Shown here: positions 17,773-26,907 of the stretch, piece after piece | Layout: each line of letters starts with the position of its first letter | How positions within the stretch are numbered: position 1 is the stretch's first letter | Source: Myxococcota bacterium | Lineage (GTDB): Bacteria; Myxococcota; Myxococcia; Myxococcales; Myxococcaceae | Reading direction: 5' to 3' | Length of the DNA stretch: 64,000 nt | Assembly (NCBI GenBank): GCA_048498275.1 | Contig: JBEHYH010000001.1 | Location: forward strand, 4,876-68,875 | Position numbers and translations under genes: made by a program | The notes under the pieces: model-generated | What the model saw: only the letters and a program-made list of their open reading frames with translations | Database searches by the model: none | What the model was told of the DNA's origin: nothing

Positions 17773-18636
17773 ATGGTCTCGCGCACTGAAGCTCAAAACA
17801 CCGCGTCTCGAACTAACGGAGCTGCTTCTTTTGGCCCGACAAGTCTCGTCGGCAAACAAGCGGCGTCGCTCAACTCGGTGAAGCACGGCCTGGGAAGCAA
17901 GACGCCCCTGCTGTTGCCGGGTGAAGATCCCGATGATTGGGAGAGCTTCATGGGTGAGTGGTTCGCGACGCTCGCTCCGATCTCCATTCCCGAAGGCACC
18001 ATCGTCGCGCAGCTTGGTGACCTCGCATGGAAGTTGGAGCGCCTCGCCCGCATCGAGCACGGCAACGCACTCAAAAAGCTGGAGGAAGCTGTCATGCAAA
18101 CACCAACCGCAAGGACGCTCGTGGCGACACAAAAAGTACGAGTCGCTGTTGATGGTCTGCTCCGTGCCGTCAATGAGAGTCAGCCGCCGACGAGCACCGA
18201 CGGTCTTGAGCCCTTTCTTGATGGACTCGGCGAGCTGTACCACTACGTGAAGGAAATCGAGGGCGTCCCAGCTTCGCTGCTCGCGAAGATGAGCAACGAG
18301 CTGAAGAAGCTCGCTGACTCGAACGACGCAGGCGCGTTGACGTCCGCGTTCCTCGAAATCGGAAAATGCGCTCGAGAACTCGCCAGCTTTCTTGCTTCTG
18401 AAGAAGAGCGTCTGAATGAAGAGCAAAAGACCCAGCGCGAGAGGCTCTCTGCGGAACAGCTCCTGACTCCAGACCCCGAGCAGAGGAAATTCGACCGCTA
18501 CCGGGAGACCATCGAAAAAGCGATGTCGAGAGAGTTTGGACTGCTGAATCAGATGAGAGAACAACGACCAGACGTACCTGCCGGAGCCGGCCAAGACCCG
18601 CAGGAGGTGCGCGTACGGCTGCGACTCGTGAAATAA
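17773..18636 (+). CDS. Hypothetical helical protein with N-terminal N-x-x-K-H-G-L motif
   Basis: ATG 17773 (alternative 17749). N-terminus ..ASRTNGAASFGPTS..GK..SLNSVKHGL resembles a motif I recall from orphan mobile-element proteins. Followed by an intrinsic terminator. Confidence 0.55.
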   Translation: MVSRTEAQNTASRTNGAASFGPTSLVGKQAASLNSVKHGLGSKTPLLLPGEDPDDWESFMGEWFATLAPISIPEGTIVAQLGDLAWKLERLARIEHGNALKKLEEAVMQTPTARTLVATQKVRVAVDGLLRAVNESQPPTSTDGLEPFLDGLGELYHYVKEIEGVPASLLAKMSNELKKLADSNDAGALTSAFLEIGKCARELASFLASEEERLNEEQKTQRERLSAEQLLTPDPEQRKFDRYRETIEKAMSREFGLLNQMREQRPDVPAGAGQDPQEVRVRLRLVK

Positions 18637-18750
18637 ACTCTTGGGTTCGTTCTGCATGACACCTCGCTAATGAAAAGGGGTATCCAACGTTGAATCGACC
18701 ACCGCCCAAGGGAGACAGTGGGTGGTAAATCTCGGGTAGATTTAAGAAGC

Positions 18751-18783
18751 GCCCACCCCCGTAGGGGTGGGCTTCATTTTTTT
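18751..18783 (+). terminator. Rho-independent terminator
   Basis: Perfect 9-bp GC stem GCCCACCCC / GGGGTGGGC with a 4-nt loop, followed by TTCATTTTTTT. Confidence 0.75.
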
Positions 18784-18910
18784 GGGGCGTACTTTGGAAT
18801 CGCGCTCCGGCAGACCGCATCAGCACAGTGCGAAGAACGCCCACGCTCTCGCGTGAGGGGTTCTGGCGTGTGCTTCAAGCTGTCGACTACGTCTCCAAAT
18901 AGCTCAATCG

Positions 18911-19915
18911 CTACTGATGACTGAACTCCTGGACCGCAGTTCCGTTGATCACGACGAGTTTCGGAGAAGGGGTTTCCATTGAGAGGTCAGTAGGAATAGT
19001 CCCCTCAGCCAGCCCACGCAGTCCTTCTGTCAAATCCGTGGCAGGAGAACTTGATGAGGCCTGAAGCGAACACCTGCGGCGCACAGATTCGACTCGACGT
19101 CGCACGGCTGAGAGCGTTAACCAGAGGGCATCAATCGCCCCGTAAACATCAGTCAACGCGGTATTGAGGTCGCTATCGAATCCCGTGACAGGCTCGAGCT
19201 CGAGGGGACTCACCAGTCTATTGAGCAACGAGAGCTGAACTTCTTTTACGTCCGCGAAGACACGGCTCAATTCGATGAGTTGTCGAACATTGCCTTTAGG
19301 ATTTGAGGACCCATGCCCGACTTCGCCAAACGACACCACTGGCGGCTCCGAAACCACCGCGTTGCTCAACGTCGAATCATTGGTGGTGGACCCGATGACA
19401 ACGTTCCCGTCGTCCCGAGAGATGGTCTTCTTCGGGTACAACTCCGACTTCAACTGTTTCGGCGAAATCCCCGAATCGGCGATTCGATCCAACCATGCAG
19501 CTGCGGCTTCGTTGGTCATGCCTCGCTTAGAAGCAAGATGCACGAGATGCGCCCGCTCGACGCGACCCTTTGACCTTGAGCTGATGGACTCCAACTGAGA
19601 ACGCGTGAATCTCGCGTTAATCTTGATGTAGCTGTACACCCAGGTCTTCCCACGCTGCAGCTTTGCGCGGATAAACAGAAGCCCCTTCTTCTTGTATTTG
19701 TCTTTGATTTTCTGAAACTCGGCTCCGAGTTCAAAACAAAACAGGAGATGCGCACCTTCGGAGCGAGCAATCAGCCCCTCGATTTCGAGAGCCTTCTCAG
19801 TGAGTTCCGCTTCGGCGACGGCAGTCAGGTTCTTATCTGAGCGCTTCGTCCGTACGGATTGCGACGACGCTCCGACGTTTGAATCCTTTAATTTTACGAC
19901 GGTATTTCGAGCCAT
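18911..19915 (-). CDS. Hypothetical protein (~334 aa)
   Basis: Long ORF of island-like composition. ATG 19915 (MARNTVV...) or an upstream start at 19969. No recognised domain. Confidence 0.5.
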   Translation of the reverse strand: MARNTVVKLKDSNVGASSQSVRTKRSDKNLTAVAEAELTEKALEIEGLIARSEGAHLLFCFELGAEFQKIKDKYKKKGLLFIRAKLQRGKTWVYSYIKINARFTRSQLESISSRSKGRVERAHLVHLASKRGMTNEAAAAWLDRIADSGISPKQLKSELYPKKTISRDDGNVVIGSTTNDSTLSNAVVSEPPVVSFGEVGHGSSNPKGNVRQLIELSRVFADVKEVQLSLLNRLVSPLELEPVTGFDSDLNTALTDVYGAIDALWLTLSAVRRRVESVRRRCSLQASSSSPATDLTEGLRGLAEGTIPTDLSMETPSPKLVVINGTAVQEFSHQ

Positions 19916-20390
19916 TGAGTTCCCGAACTGCGATTGCGAGGTAACTTTCAGGCACACAGATCCCACCAAAATCAGGAACCATGTCTACTGAAAGCCACCT
20001 GAACAAGAGCAACCGCACGGCTCAGGAGCCCAACACCTGCTGATTGCTAAGCCCGATGGGCCAGCAGGTGATCGCTCAACTACAGCGAACCGCCCACGAA
20101 TAAACGAGCGCAGTGTCGTGCCGCAACTAATTTTCCAAACGCCTAGAATTCCTAGAGCACTCGACTCCTACTTGGCCGCCAACAAGGGGACGATTGACAG
20201 CGTCGGACAATTGCGAGGATAAGTCGCGTGCCGCGTCTCATTGCGCGGGACCTCGTTAGACCGATCCATGCTCGGTCAGGCAGTCGAGGCGAAGGGGAAC
20301 ACGCTTCCTCGATGAATGTTTGGTTCTCCGTTCACCCTGCAGTCGGGCTCTCGGAGCATGGATCTGTGCGCTCGACTTGAGGGTTGAACC

Positions 20391-20918
20391 GTGACGACCA
20401 GCAGCAATTTCAAGAAGCAGATCAGAGAGCGCCAACGCAAAACCGGCGAGAGCTACCAAGAAGCTCGCCGTCAGCTCTTGGCTGCAGCAAAACACCAAGA
20501 ACAACAACATCGAGCAGTACTCATCGAGATCTTCAGCGAATCCATGAGCCGAACAATGGTTCAACAAGCTGATCACATAAGCGCACAGATAATGGCCGCG
20601 AGCGGAGAGTTGTTGGTGCGCTCCGGTATCTGGCCCGAAGGAACGATGCCTCGCCTGAGAGCCACACTGACATCATTGCTTCCCCCTTCGTCGAATAATG
20701 ACCCCGCGTTGACCAACGGCAAGTGGCGTCAGATCACTCCTCAAGAACAGTGGGTACTCTTCGGCCCTCGACACAACCCAAACGATGAACTCTCCCAGTT
20801 CTCTGGAGGGCGATTCGTCCGAAAGGTGCGTTGGCGCGAGCTCTCCACAGAGCGCTGGGAGCCACTGACACCGCATCAGTACGAAGCATTTTCCTGGGAG
20901 GGCGACGGAAATGACTGA
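20391..20918 (+). CDS. Hypothetical protein (175 aa)
   Basis: GTG start. 8-nt overlap with the next gene suggests co-translation. No recognised domain. Confidence 0.5.
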   Translation: MTTSSNFKKQIRERQRKTGESYQEARRQLLAAAKHQEQQHRAVLIEIFSESMSRTMVQQADHISAQIMAASGELLVRSGIWPEGTMPRLRATLTSLLPPSSNNDPALTNGKWRQITPQEQWVLFGPRHNPNDELSQFSGGRFVRKVRWRELSTERWEPLTPHQYEAFSWEGDGND

Positions 20919-21603
20919 GCTCGCTGATTCTCATGTGGCGTTGGTGCTGCGAGAGGTGGCGCGGTTTCTCCACGTTGCCGGCGGGAGTCTCACGGCGCAG
21001 CTCTCCACGAAAACCTCGACATTCACGGTCACGCCCAGCTCGCCTTCGTGGACGTGGACCAGCCAAATCGCATTCGGGGGCGGGCATGAGGTGTGGGCGT
21101 CGCCTGCCGAATCAGCCGCCCTCCGCCCAAACAACACGCCTCCTCCGATGCGATCATCGCACTGGCAGACGAAGGACATCATTGAAAAGTACCGAGGCAT
21201 CTCGCTCTTCATCAATCAGCAGCGCTGGCGATGGGTTCAACTCGGATTCGATGTCGAAACCGCGATGTGGCTGCGGCTCATGAATCTCCGAATCGCGCAC
21301 GAACGTTGGCACACGCAGTACTGGGCCGAGCTGCTGCTGACAGAGTTCCCCGGCGAGAAGTACATGGGCAGAACCCGAATCAAGGACATGCCGTTGTTCC
21401 TGGAGGAGTTCCTTCGCGTGTTCGCCGGGCTGAGGTCGGAGGTTCAAGTCGTCAAAGCAACCGCTGCTCGCGAGCGCGTGGCGATCGCACTGCCTCTCGA
21501 CACTGCTTGGACCCAAGCACAGGAGGTAGAATTCGCTGTGCGAGTCATTGAGGAGCTGCCGCAACGTCGCGCGGTCATGCTCTTCGAGCAGACAGAAGAC
21601 TGA
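20911..21603 (+). CDS. Hypothetical protein (230 aa)
   Basis: ATG start overlapping the upstream gene. Followed by two GC-rich hairpins. Confidence 0.5.
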   Translation: MTELADSHVALVLREVARFLHVAGGSLTAQLSTKTSTFTVTPSSPSWTWTSQIAFGGGHEVWASPAESAALRPNNTPPPMRSSHWQTKDIIEKYRGISLFINQQRWRWVQLGFDVETAMWLRLMNLRIAHERWHTQYWAELLLTEFPGEKYMGRTRIKDMPLFLEEFLRVFAGLRSEVQVVKATAARERVAIALPLDTAWTQAQEVEFAVRVIEELPQRRAVMLFEQTED

Positions 21604-21615
21604 CTTGGAAATTGC

Positions 21616-21684
21616 GGCGGCGCTCTGGGCATAAGAATCTGGAGCGCCGCCTGGCCCTCCGCACGGGCCGCTCAAGACCCGTGC
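21616..21684 (+). terminator. Two tandem GC-rich hairpins (terminator-like, no T-run)
   Basis: GGCGGCGCTC (21616-21625) pairs with GAGCGCCGCC (21642-21651). GCACGGG pairs with CCCGTGC (21661-21684). Located directly after stop 21603. Confidence 0.4.
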
Positions 21685-21706
21685 CCGCGGAGACGAACAT
21701 GGCCGA

Positions 21707-22180
21707 GTGCCGTTCAAGGCGTGTGACGAGTTGACGTGGTTCGAGAAGACGATGGCGCAGTTGTCGGTCTCGGTCATCGTCGAGCAGTGAAAGAACGAGG
21801 AGTCGCCGCTGGCGAAGAGCCGCGAGACGCCGGCGCTGCTGAAGCGCTTCAACGATGAAAGCTGGGACTTCATCGACATGCAGTTCGAAATCACGAAGCC
21901 GACGCTCGCCTCGCGATACGGGTCCGTCGCTCTGTACGCCGAGGAGTGCGGCAACCCATCTCAGGTCGCAGCGGTGCTTGAGGCGTACCTGAAGAGATTC
22001 AACCTGACAGGCGTGCTGACGTTCTCGTGGGCGTACACTTGCTCGAAGATGCGCAGCGACAACTTCGGGGGTGGTGCCGCGGTCGTCACGGCTGAAGGTT
22101 CGAAGTTCATCGACGCGCAGGACTGGGCGTCAGACCTCGCCGCCAAGTTCATGGCCACCACTCAGTTACCAGCACCTTGA
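21707..22180 (+). pseudogene. Hypothetical gene interrupted by an in-frame TGA (21788-21790)
   Basis: The GC3-rich coding signal is continuous in one frame from GTG 21707 through TGA 21788 to TGA 22178-22180. The ORF track shows only the part after ATG 21878. Confidence 0.5.
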
Positions 22181-22184
22181 GGCG

Positions 22185-22637
22185 CTACTGCCGTCGGCGA
22201 ATCCTCGGTGGCACAGCGTGAGCAGTGCGTTCCTTGGGCTTCAAGAGTGGGTACGCGGCGAGCGCTTCGACGACGGGGTCTGCAACGGAGCGTAGAACCA
22301 ACTCTTTCAGCAGCTGCTCGAGTTGCTCGCACCGCGCTTCAATCTCAAAAACTCGAGCCTGGTTCTCGTTGTCGATGGCCTTGTGCAGTTTCGCGTGCTC
22401 TTCCTCTGAAGGACACAGCAGCAAATTCTCTGGCTCATTGTTGTGGGGGTCGCGATCTCGATGATGCACGAGCAACCCGTGCGTCAGTCGAACTCCCACT
22501 CTCGTGCTGACCAACAGCCGATGTTCGAGCACCCAGTCATCACCCAGGCGGACTTCCCAGTAGCCAGATTTGTTCTTGCGTCGTTCGCGCCGCGCCGGGT
22601 TGGCCATGCACCGCACCCTAGTTCGAGGGTACGACAT
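22185..22637 (-). CDS. HNH endonuclease
   Basis: ..LLVHHRDRDPHNNEPENLLLC...EEHAKLH (H-N-H core). Alternative start at ATG 22607. Confidence 0.8.
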   Translation of the reverse strand: MSYPRTRVRCMANPARRERRKNKSGYWEVRLGDDWVLEHRLLVSTRVGVRLTHGLLVHHRDRDPHNNEPENLLLCPSEEEHAKLHKAIDNENQARVFEIEARCEQLEQLLKELVLRSVADPVVEALAAYPLLKPKERTAHAVPPRIRRRQ

Positions 22638-22807
22638 GTAAGCCGGGCAGACAGAAACGACTGAGTTTCGTCGACAACGGAGGCTTCAATCCGTTCGACG
22701 GCATCGGCCTTCGCCGCTTGTGCGTTTGCGAGACCGCCGTCTTCCACATCATCATCAACATCAACTGCGTCGCGTCGACGCAAAGGCACTCGTCTGTGAA
22801 TGCTGCC

Positions 22808-23677
22808 ATGAAGAACATCATCAACGTGCTGGCCACTGGCGGCACGCACCTCGGCGACCTCTGCTTCTGGTCGCTCTCTGACGCGGTCATCTCCCGCGCG
22901 GAGTTGGAGAAAAAGTGGGCCGACACCGGCCTCGCCAACAACCTGCTCCCCGAACCGCCTACCGTGTCGAAGGCCTTCAAGCTGGCTTTGCGCGAGACTC
23001 AGGTGGGCCTCTCCGACACGCTCATTCGCCCTGTCATCGACGACGAGGCCAGCGTCATCTTCGCGGTGGTGCGCGAGAAGAAGCTCGACGAAGGCTTCCT
23101 CGAGTACACGCAGGAAGCGAAGGTGGTGCTGGACCTGCTCCACGGCACCGTTCGTACCGACAACCCGTCTCACGCGCTCGTCAACGCGGTGCAGGCGCGT
23201 TTCTCCGAGCTGAAGGACACGCACACCGCCGACGACATTCGTCGCACGGTGACGCGCACGTTGCAGAGTTTTCAGGCGGTACTGCTGCGCGAGAACGGCG
23301 GCGTTTGGTGGGTGCCCGCGCCGTACGCGGAGCCACTGCGGAAGTTGCAGGTGTGCATCGAAAGCATCGGCACCAGTAAGGTGTACCTGCTGCCTGTGCA
23401 TGACTCGGCAGATGCGCATCGCACACTCGGCGACGCGGCCGTCAAGTCGCTTGAAACCGAACTCGCGACGCTCAAGCAGGAAGTCGAAGCATTCGTCGCT
23501 AACCCACCAGAACGTAAGTCAACTCTTGTGCGTCGGTTCGATGCCTTCGATGAACTGCGCAACCGCGCCGAGCTGTACCGCGACATTCTCTCGATACGCG
23601 TAACCGACCTGGACTCGACGCTGAACGCGTTGTCGTCGTCTATGGAAACGCTGTTGTCCTCGAAGTCTGAGGACTGA
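22808..23677 (+). CDS. Uncharacterised protein preceding the MoxR/vWA pair (289 aa)
   Basis: ATG 22808 (MKNIINVLATGG...). Mixed alpha/beta N-terminal part and a coiled-coil C-terminus. No catalytic motif recognised. Confidence 0.6.
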   Translation: MKNIINVLATGGTHLGDLCFWSLSDAVISRAELEKKWADTGLANNLLPEPPTVSKAFKLALRETQVGLSDTLIRPVIDDEASVIFAVVREKKLDEGFLEYTQEAKVVLDLLHGTVRTDNPSHALVNAVQARFSELKDTHTADDIRRTVTRTLQSFQAVLLRENGGVWWVPAPYAEPLRKLQVCIESIGTSKVYLLPVHDSADAHRTLGDAAVKSLETELATLKQEVEAFVANPPERKSTLVRRFDAFDELRNRAELYRDILSIRVTDLDSTLNALSSSMETLLSSKSED

Positions 23678-23678
23678 A

Positions 23679-24266
23679 CTACTCAATCAAAAGATGAAGC
23701 CTGAGCGTTTGCTTGCCAGCCCGCATCTTGAACGATTTCAGTTCAGCCTTCAGACCGTTTCGAGCTCGCGTCGATGCTTTCGCGAAACTCTCTTCGCTGA
23801 ACCCGGGAGCAACAATCAGCGCTCCAATCTGCTCGACCCGCTGTTCTTTGTGACGGCAGTCGATTCGACGAAGAGCATCGAAGTCAGCACGCCACGCTGC
23901 GAACTGCTTGGCTGCGTTGTAGTTATCGAACGCGACTTTCAACTCAAGAAAGTTCCAAGACCTAGCGACGTCGTTTGGCTGCGACAGAAACGGTGACGCC
24001 CACAAGTCGATCCGCTTGGGAGGAACCCCGCGGAGTTCAGCGCAATATTCGAGTCCGACATCACCCGGTTCATCGCCGATCCATCGTTCGTAGTTCCACG
24101 GCGAACGGCGGAGCAGCGCCGCCATCTCGAACTTCAACCAGTCCTCGAAGCCATTCTCCATTGAACAAATGTGGCCGACGCGACCATCGACCTGCTCCAT
24201 CGACTTCAGGTGGTCGATGGCGCTTTGAACCCATAGAGGAATGGTCAACCGTTGTTGCTTCGCCAT
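23679..24266 (-). CDS. PD-(D/E)XK-fold nuclease-like protein (orphan)
   Basis: ..PKRIDLWASPF...(18 aa)...NFLELKVAF fits the D...E-x-K restriction-endonuclease-fold signature. 195 aa, on the strand opposite its neighbours. Confidence 0.5.
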   Translation of the reverse strand: MAKQQRLTIPLWVQSAIDHLKSMEQVDGRVGHICSMENGFEDWLKFEMAALLRRSPWNYERWIGDEPGDVGLEYCAELRGVPPKRIDLWASPFLSQPNDVARSWNFLELKVAFDNYNAAKQFAAWRADFDALRRIDCRHKEQRVEQIGALIVAPGFSEESFAKASTRARNGLKAELKSFKMRAGKQTLRLHLLIE

Positions 24267-24325
24267 AGCGCAACTCTACCGAGTTGAGGCTGGGCGTGGT
24301 CGTCCACTCATTTCCAGGAACATCC

Positions 24326-25468
24326 ATGCACATCAAATTCACCGCTCTGCGGAGTGATCTGTCGTCGTGTTTTCCCGAGCGCCAACACGTCATCGACGGT
24401 GCGCTCGCTGCTGTGCTTGCGAGAGAGCACGTGTTGTTGCTCGGCCCTCCAGGTACTGCAAAGTCGGCGCTGGTACGCGCCATCGCAAGTGCGTTCGGGG
24501 GCAGCTACTTCGAGCGACTGCTGACGAAGTTCTCAACGCCGGAGGAGTTGTTCGGCCCGGTGTCGCTGAAGGGGCTTGAGGCTGACAAGTTCTCGCGCAT
24601 CACGAAGGGCATGTTGCCGGAAGTGGAGTTCGCCTTCGTCGATGAGGTCTTCAAGGCCAACAGCGCGATTCTGAACTCGTTCCTCACGTTAGTGAATGAG
24701 CGTCTCTTCCACAACGACTCGACGCCGATGCAGGTGCCGCTGGTGTCGATGTTCGGCGCGTCGAATGAGCTGCCTGAAGGTCGCGAGCTGGAGGCCCTCT
24801 TCGACCGCTTCGCGCTGCGCTTCGACGTGCAGTACCTCCTGCGGCCCCAGCATCTGAAGGACGTGCTGACGTCGCCGGAACCGAAGCTGGTGTCGCGGTT
24901 GGACATGAAGACGCTCCGCACGGCGCAGGCAGAGGTCGCGAAGGTGAAGGTCACCGACGCCACCGTCGAAGCGCTCATCGCCATTCGTGACGCGGCGAAG
25001 GCCGAGGGCATCATCGTCAGCGACAGGCGTTGGAAGAAGTCGCTGCGACTCGTGCAGGCCGCCGCGTGGTTGGCGGGCGAGAAGCAGACCTCGCCTGAAG
25101 ACCTCACGCTGCTGACGGACGCGCTGTGGCGCGAGCCGAAGGAGCGCTCCAAGGTGGCGAAGCTGGTGGGTCGACTCGCGGACCCGGTGGCGACGCAGGC
25201 CACGGAGATTCTCGATGCTGCGCGAGAGACGGCCGCCAAGGTGACGTCACTCAAGACGGGCGACCGGAAGACGTACCTCGCGCAGGCCGCACAGTCGCTC
25301 GAGGAGTTCCGCGCCCAGCAGGCGAAGCTGACGAAGCTGGAGAAGAACGCCGGCCAACGGGCGAAGGCCGTCATCGCTGATGCCGTCGCAGAGGTGACGT
25401 CGCTGCACGCCGAGTTGGCCCGTACGGTCAGCAACGGCCTTGGCCTGGGCATGAGGGCCGTGAAGTGA
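24326..25468 (+). CDS. AAA+ ATPase, MoxR/CobS-like
   Basis: ATG 24326 after AGGAAC. Walker A LLLGPPGTAKS, Walker B FAFVDEVFKAN, sensor ..FGASNELPE. Helical C-terminal region. Confidence 0.8.
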   Translation: MHIKFTALRSDLSSCFPERQHVIDGALAAVLAREHVLLLGPPGTAKSALVRAIASAFGGSYFERLLTKFSTPEELFGPVSLKGLEADKFSRITKGMLPEVEFAFVDEVFKANSAILNSFLTLVNERLFHNDSTPMQVPLVSMFGASNELPEGRELEALFDRFALRFDVQYLLRPQHLKDVLTSPEPKLVSRLDMKTLRTAQAEVAKVKVTDATVEALIAIRDAAKAEGIIVSDRRWKKSLRLVQAAAWLAGEKQTSPEDLTLLTDALWREPKERSKVAKLVGRLADPVATQATEILDAARETAAKVTSLKTGDRKTYLAQAAQSLEEFRAQQAKLTKLEKNAGQRAKAVIADAVAEVTSLHAELARTVSNGLGLGMRAVK

Positions 25469-26724
25469 AGCGGTTCCTCTTCGACGTGCCGCGGTGGCAC
25501 GTCTTCCTTCACCGCGAGGCCCGCGGACTCCCACCCGTCGAAGACAACGACTCACCGCACCTCAAGCTGGAGGACGAGCTGTTCGACCGCCTCTACGCGG
25601 GCGGCAGCGAACGAATCGATGTCGCCGATGCCACCGACTGGAAAGCGTGGGCCGAGAAGCTGCACTCGATGTGCACCGAGCTCCCGACCTTCTCGCGGCT
25701 GGCCCAGGAGTGCCTCGGTGATGCCGATGCTTCGGCACTCGCCGTCGAGAAGCTGTTGGAGACGTTGAAACCGCACATGCAGCAGAAAGCCCAGGACGTG
25801 CAGCCGCCGACACTGCGACGGGCCGTCACCAGCGCGTGCGACAAAGCGTCGGTCGCCATCGAAGTGCACCGTGAAGCCAGTGAAGGTCTCGCCGGCGTCG
25901 GCTTCGGAAGCAGCACGCACCTCGGCGACAAGAAGTCTGGCAGCCCTGCCCAGCGTCTCTCGTCACGCCTGAAGAACGATGACCGGCTCCGTCGCATCGC
26001 GCTGCTGGCGGGCAAGCTGAAGCGCATCGCGCTTACGAAGCAGAAGGCGAAGGTGCGGCACGGTGCTGACGAAGTCACCGACGTCGAACTCGGCTCCAGC
26101 GTCTCCCGATTGTTGCCGTCGGAGCTGATGAAGCTGGCGCACCCGAAGCTGCGGCTCCCGCTGCTGGCGTCACTCACTGAAGGCAAGGCCATGCAGTACC
26201 GCCTCGAAGGCAACGCGTCGCTGGGCCGTGGCCCGCTGGTGGTGTGTCTCGACAAGTCCGGCAGCATGGATGGCGAGCGAGACATCTGGGCCACGGCTGT
26301 GGCGCTGGCGCTTCTCGAGGTCGCGCAACGTCAACGACGCGCCTTCGCGATGTTGGCCTTCGACGGCATCGTCAAACACGAGGCTGTTGTCGACCCCGGC
26401 GGGCAGCTCCCCGAAGACGCGCTCTTCGTGGCGTGCACCGGTGGCACCAACATCACCGGCGTCATTCACCGCGCACTCGAGGTCATCGAAGAGAGCCACG
26501 GCGCGATGAAGAAGGCCGACATTGTGCTGGTGACAGACGGTGGCAGCGACACGTCAGCCGCCCCCGCCGTCAAGCATCGCGCGGCGGAGTTGGGCGTCAC
26601 CATCTTCGGGCTGGGCATCGGAGTTGAAACAGCCTTGCTGATGCACTGGTGCGACGAAGCGCACGCCGTCACCCGCCTCGACACGGCTGACGAGGCCGTG
26701 GCTGAGAGCGTCTTTACCCTCTGA
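25465..26724 (+). CDS. von Willebrand factor A (vWA) domain protein, CobT/ViaA-like
   Basis: GTGA overlap with the AAA+ gene. C-terminal vWA with MIDAS motif VCLDKSGSM, ..GGTNI.. and ..IVLVTDG. Confidence 0.8.
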   Translation: MKRFLFDVPRWHVFLHREARGLPPVEDNDSPHLKLEDELFDRLYAGGSERIDVADATDWKAWAEKLHSMCTELPTFSRLAQECLGDADASALAVEKLLETLKPHMQQKAQDVQPPTLRRAVTSACDKASVAIEVHREASEGLAGVGFGSSTHLGDKKSGSPAQRLSSRLKNDDRLRRIALLAGKLKRIALTKQKAKVRHGADEVTDVELGSSVSRLLPSELMKLAHPKLRLPLLASLTEGKAMQYRLEGNASLGRGPLVVCLDKSGSMDGERDIWATAVALALLEVAQRQRRAFAMLAFDGIVKHEAVVDPGGQLPEDALFVACTGGTNITGVIHRALEVIEESHGAMKKADIVLVTDGGSDTSAAPAVKHRAAELGVTIFGLGIGVETALLMHWCDEAHAVTRLDTADEAVAESVFTL

Positions 26725-26907
26725 CTCGAAGGCCACCATGAATTGGAAGCAAGTCGCCTCGGCCATCCTCAGCGCCGTCGCGTGGTTCCTGGAGAATTAT
26801 CCGACGCGCAGAAAGCGCTGACCCACCACAACACGCAGCACCGGCACGGCCCTCGTCACGCATCTCGCGTGGCGGGGGCTTTGTCGTTTCAACGCAAGGA
26901 GAAGTAC

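Noticed and set aside
20256-20576. 106-aa minus-strand ORF
   Set aside because: It overlaps the start of gene 20391-20918, has no RBS, and shows hydrophobic low-complexity composition.
21788-21790. Selenocysteine reading of the in-frame TGA
   Set aside because: I found no convincing SECIS-like hairpin immediately downstream, only a 4-bp CGCC/GGCG stem. There is no redox-type sequence context, so a nonsense mutation or sequencing error is more likely.
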